Shown piece by piece: positions 59,823 through 64,000 of a stretch of DNA of 64,000 bases; position 1 is the stretch's first letter; every line of letters begins with the position of its first letter. Location: positions 97,216,001 to 97,280,000 of the forward strand of contig OZ320315.1 in the NCBI GenBank assembly GCA_976226885.1. Reading direction: 5' to 3'. Source of the DNA: Iphione sp. A-MEVVRFRX5. Taxonomy: Eukaryota. The position numbers and the translations under genes are program-made. Under the pieces are notes generated by a model that saw only the letters and a program-made list of their open reading frames with translations, was not told the DNA's origin and did no database searches.

Positions 59823-62800
59823 TCAAATCAAATCAAATCAAATAAACTTTATTCACTTCTCAAGAGATAAGGTATGAGGTGTTAAGGTGAATATTAGTAA
59901 TGTTGATGTACTTTGATAGATAACGTTTGATTAAGCTAAATTCTTTAATGATATCTGTTCCTTCCTTCTGGACGGCAGTGTCTGAGGTTCCATCTCTTGA
60001 CTCCTACATATAAAAAGCTCCTCTTGGTCTTTGTTAAGCGGGGCTTCTTCAGGCGTATCTGGTATGTGCACCCTCCTCTGGTACGGCCCCTCCGAGTACA
60101 CTGCAATATGTCTTTTCTCTAACCTATGAACAAGTATAACAGATCTTAATTCTGACAGCTCCTCTAAGGGATATAGTGATAGTTTTTCCTTTAGATTCTT
60201 AGGACTCACACTTCTCCTTGACCTAGTGGTCAATACGACTCTTTTGATAGCAGTATTGTATTCTATTTGCAAGGATAGCAAGCATTTCCTCGAGGTTACG
60301 CACACGAAGGGCAAGCCGTACAAGAATAATGAATGTATAAATCCCATAAATGCTGTGACCCTTGCCCTGAATGGGAGTGTCTGACACAGCCTAGCCAACA
60401 CCTTACTGCGGCCTCTCACCTTATTTCTGATAATCTTTATTTGAGCTAACCAGCTTAACATTGGATCTAAAGAGTACCCAAGTAGGTTGGGATATTTCTC
60501 ATGCTTCAATCGACACCCCTCAAGGTACAAGTCTAGATCAAACGTTGCACTGTGACCAAAACATGTGTAAGTTGTTTTTGCCTGGTTTATTTTTAGGCCA
60601 TTCTTCTTGGACCATTCATCCACCTTTCACACCCCATACTGTAATTTTAATCTTAAGCTCATAATGTTGCTTGCTGAAGCGGACAGTGTTACATCATCTG
60701 CGTAAATTACTGCTTGAGTGACCTTCAAGTCACTTTCTATGTCATTTATCATCAGCACAAAGAGGAGGGGGCCGAGAATGCTCCCCTGTGGCACCCCCTG
60801 CTTGACTAGTCTGTAGTCTGAGTAGCAATTGTTGCAAAAGACCCGCTGCTTCCTATTTTCAAGATACGATTTTATCATTTCGATCCTGTCCACACCTAAA
60901 CCAATTGCATGTAATTTATTTAAGAGTGTTGTGTGATTCAAGACATCAAAGGCCTTGGAAAAATCTATCATTACTATTCCGTGGTGTAGTCCACTATCAA
61001 GGGAGTCATAGACTTTGATTAAGAGTGATGCCACAGCAGTCTCCATCCCCCTCCCCTTGCAAAACCCATGCTGGGACTTAGTCAATATCCCCTTGGTTGT
61101 TAATATTGGTTGTCATGTTTGCTAATAGATAATAAGAAGCTTATTCCATGGTCAAGGTAAGGCAAGACAAAAGCAACAAATTTGCAACGCTTTTTACATA
61201 TCTAAATATATTGTACCCACATATTTCCCTAGATTAATTTGTTTAAAATCTGTAATCCACATGCTATGGTTGTTCCCCTTCCCGTACGAAACCCAAATTG
61301 ATATTGATTGAATAGATTATTTGCCTCTAAATATGAATAAATTTGAGAGGACACAACATGTTCCAGGATTTCACTGGGGGCCGGTTAAATCGAAATTGGA
61401 CAATAGTTTTCGGGTTTAGACCTACTAGATTTTTTATGTAGAGGCACTATAATCGCCTCTTTCCAAGCCAACGGGACGACACTGTCCACGAGTGACCGGT
61501 TTATCAGCTCTGTAAAATAATACAATGTACATTTCAGACTGTCCTACATATATTTCATTGAGATATTTGTGATGCCGGATGGTTTCCCCTGCTTTAACTT
61601 ATTTATATGTTTTGCAACTTCATCGAAACTTGTTTCATCAAAGTACTCTAACCTATTCAGACCGAACATCTCATCAGTAAATCTAGGGTTTAAACCCGTG
61701 CTCAAGGTATCAACAGAGGTCTTAAAGTGTTCGGCCACTACGGGACCTTCCAGCAGAGATCCATCCAACATCAGTCTTATTTCACTTTTCCCCAAATGCA
61801 GCTTCATTAATGAGACCACCACATCTGTTTATTGTCCCCTTGTGATTTCTCAAAACTTTCAGCAAGATAAGTCGTCCTCCCCTCTTTCAGTGATTTGTTA
61901 CATATATTTCTGTAATCTTCAATTCCAGTTAGAACCCATCATTTCCTATTGTAGTCCCGCTCCCCACGAAATTGTAATATTCTATTTTGGTATTTAGGTG
62001 ATATATAACCACAAAATTCCCTCTTTTTAAAGGGACATTTTATCCAAAACTAAATTTACATTATGTACCCAAACTTTCTAGATATCATCTATTGTGACTG
62101 ACTCCTTTATTTCCCAATCACAGTTATTTAGAGCTTCTTTCAAGGTCAGAAAATTATATTGACGGTCATCCCTCACCCATTGCTCGGAGATAGTGTTTCC
62201 GTTTAATTTTCTTAAAGTCAACATAAGTAAGGTATAGTGATCACTGTTACCTTGTACCAATACTCCTGATCTACAAAATCTGTGGTCGATGTGTAGAAGT
62301 GATCCAGACAACCTAAACCAGCATGGGTACTATCACATATAATTTGTTTTAAACCTAAATCACAAGCCATCTCAACATAACATTTTATGATTCTTGTTAA
62401 GGAATTTAACTGACTTCATCAAAAACGATAACATTGCTCACGAATTTCCAGTGGGTGGTCTATAGATTACAAAAATCAAATGAAACTTACGATTCCCCAT
62501 TTTTACCTTAACACAAAGGATCTCCCCATCTGGATCCATCATGCACCCTTCTGGTAGTATTCGAGTCCACTTATAAAGCCACTCCACCCGCTCTCCTCTT
62601 GCCTACTCTCTCTCTTACCCGAGCATATCTAAAACAGGTATATCCATTTATCGATATCATATTGTCAAGGAAAACAGGTGTTAGCCAGGTTTCAGAGAGC
62701 AAAAATATCAATCATATTTAATTTCAGTAGATACTCAATTTCTGACATTTTCCCCAACATACTTCTGCAGTTCCAAGCTGCTATGCGTAAGTGAGTCATT

Positions 62801-64000
62801 TTAAAGCGGCCACTTCGAATATGATACGAGTTAAAAAAAGAAGTAGAAGAAGTATATAGATAGAGGATTATGGTCGATAGGCTAATAAATGGTGGTAGGT
62901 GTCATCATAATTTAATTAAATCAATTTGTAACATTAGCTATGCTCCTAGGCAGCAATTCTGGTACTGTCGTCGTGGCTAGATCTTAGAGAAATTAACGCA
63001 AACTGAACATGAGTGCAATGGCATTACATATACTGTACCCCCAGTCCTGCACAGCCAAGTCACCGGGGTGACAGCCATCATAGAGTAGAGCGAATTTTGA
63101 ACGGTAGCGTGTCTTATCCCATCTGTGTATCGGTAGGGCTGTAGCTGGAGTAAATACATCATTGTTAGCATTTAATTGTCGAAACACATCATAAAAACAA
63201 TATTATTCAAAACAGATTGAAAAGTCCTTGTCGCAGTTAGTGGGCTGTAGACAGCAAGATCTATACTAACAATTGGTAGATATCCTACACGGGCACCTAT
63301 ACCCCACCTCCTGAATCTTGCACACAACTCTTGATCAAATGCAGTTACCCATAGTGCCCAAGTCTTTGTCATCCTGAAGTAGTGATAGTTTCTTACTATG
63401 CCTATCACAATGGCATAGGTTGTTAATACTTAACATTATTAAAATAAGGTTATACTTGCGACAATCATTCTCAGCAGCCCAGTCAAACACGTAGTCCAGT
63501 CTGGCACCAGGACGATGCATAAACCATTGAGTGTCTATATAGTTCAACAGGTGCCTACCGCGAGAGTCACACAATATCAGAACTGAATACAATTATGCCA
63601 GATAACAACAACGTGGTTTACAAAATTGAAAATTAAGAGGTTAGTGTAGAGAAATTTAGAAAAAGGCACAATATCAGAGAGATACAACACAGTACTTTCA
63701 GTGATATGGCTGTGAGTAATGGGCAGCCAGGCAGGCAATTGTCCAGTATAAGTTGTTGACTTGTAGTTGCCTGATGTATCCGACTTCCACACACGTGCCA
63801 GTTCAGTCAGTCAGAGTGACCAGGTCAAGGTTGACAGTCTAGAAAAGACCTAATTATAATTAGCACTATCATTGAACCTTGGGCAGACACTTGCCACCAT
63901 AGGTCAAGGTATGTAACAACAAATCATAATATCTAAGCCCGATGGGGTAGACACTTACCATAAGCGAGCACTACAGTGTTATCCTATCAGTAATGGTAGA
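59823..64000 (-). mobile_element. LINE with hydrolase ORF, APE-RT and a (TTTGA)n tail; ORF1 expected beyond the right edge
   Basis: ORF2 62799 to 59931: MTHLRIAAWNCRSMLGK, SDHY, QHGFCKGRG, DFSKAFD, GVPQGSILGP, YADD. AATAAA plus (TTTGA)x4 at 59823-59854. The spacer motif is shared with the 26.6-kb spacer. Confidence 0.88.
62993..63592 (-). pseudogene. SGNH hydrolase ORF, frameshifted
   Basis: VLILCDSRGRHLL, MLSINNL and LYDGCHPGDLAVQDWGYSI; close paralogue of 25642..26289. Confidence 0.88.

Noticed and set aside
605-63792. Plus-strand ORFs in the supplied track (e.g. 6451..7029, 9125..9598, 29991..30524, 35386..35775)
   Set aside because: They are antisense shadows of minus-strand TE ORFs, or products of repeats and low-complexity tracts; none has a recognisable domain.

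Overview
This looks like eukaryotic (probably invertebrate animal) heterochromatin-like DNA made almost entirely of nested, mostly decayed retrotransposons. I found no host gene, rRNA, tRNA or CRISPR array. It holds about 15 pieces of CR1/L2-group (Jockey superfamily) LINEs with APE endonuclease plus RT and microsatellite or poly(A) tails, and about 8 pieces of DIRS-order tyrosine-recombinase retrotransposons (gag, RT/RNase H, YR). It also has several tandem and higher-order repeats. Every recognisable element lies on the minus strand, as expected for a uni-strand piRNA-cluster-like locus. The main novelty is a recurrent three-ORF LINE architecture seen in several highly diverged copies. ORF1 is an L1-ORF1p/Tnp_22-like protein (coiled coil, RRM, CTD) with a C-terminal NADAR (YbiA/DUF1768) domain; it is followed by a separate SGNH/GDSL hydrolase ORF and then ORF2 (APE-RT). 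Six NADAR-bearing ORF1 copies and eight hydrolase ORFs or remnants are visible; the copy at 25.6-28.3 kb has both ORFs open. All domain calls come from reading motifs by eye, not database searches, and element boundaries are approximate (about +/-50 bp).
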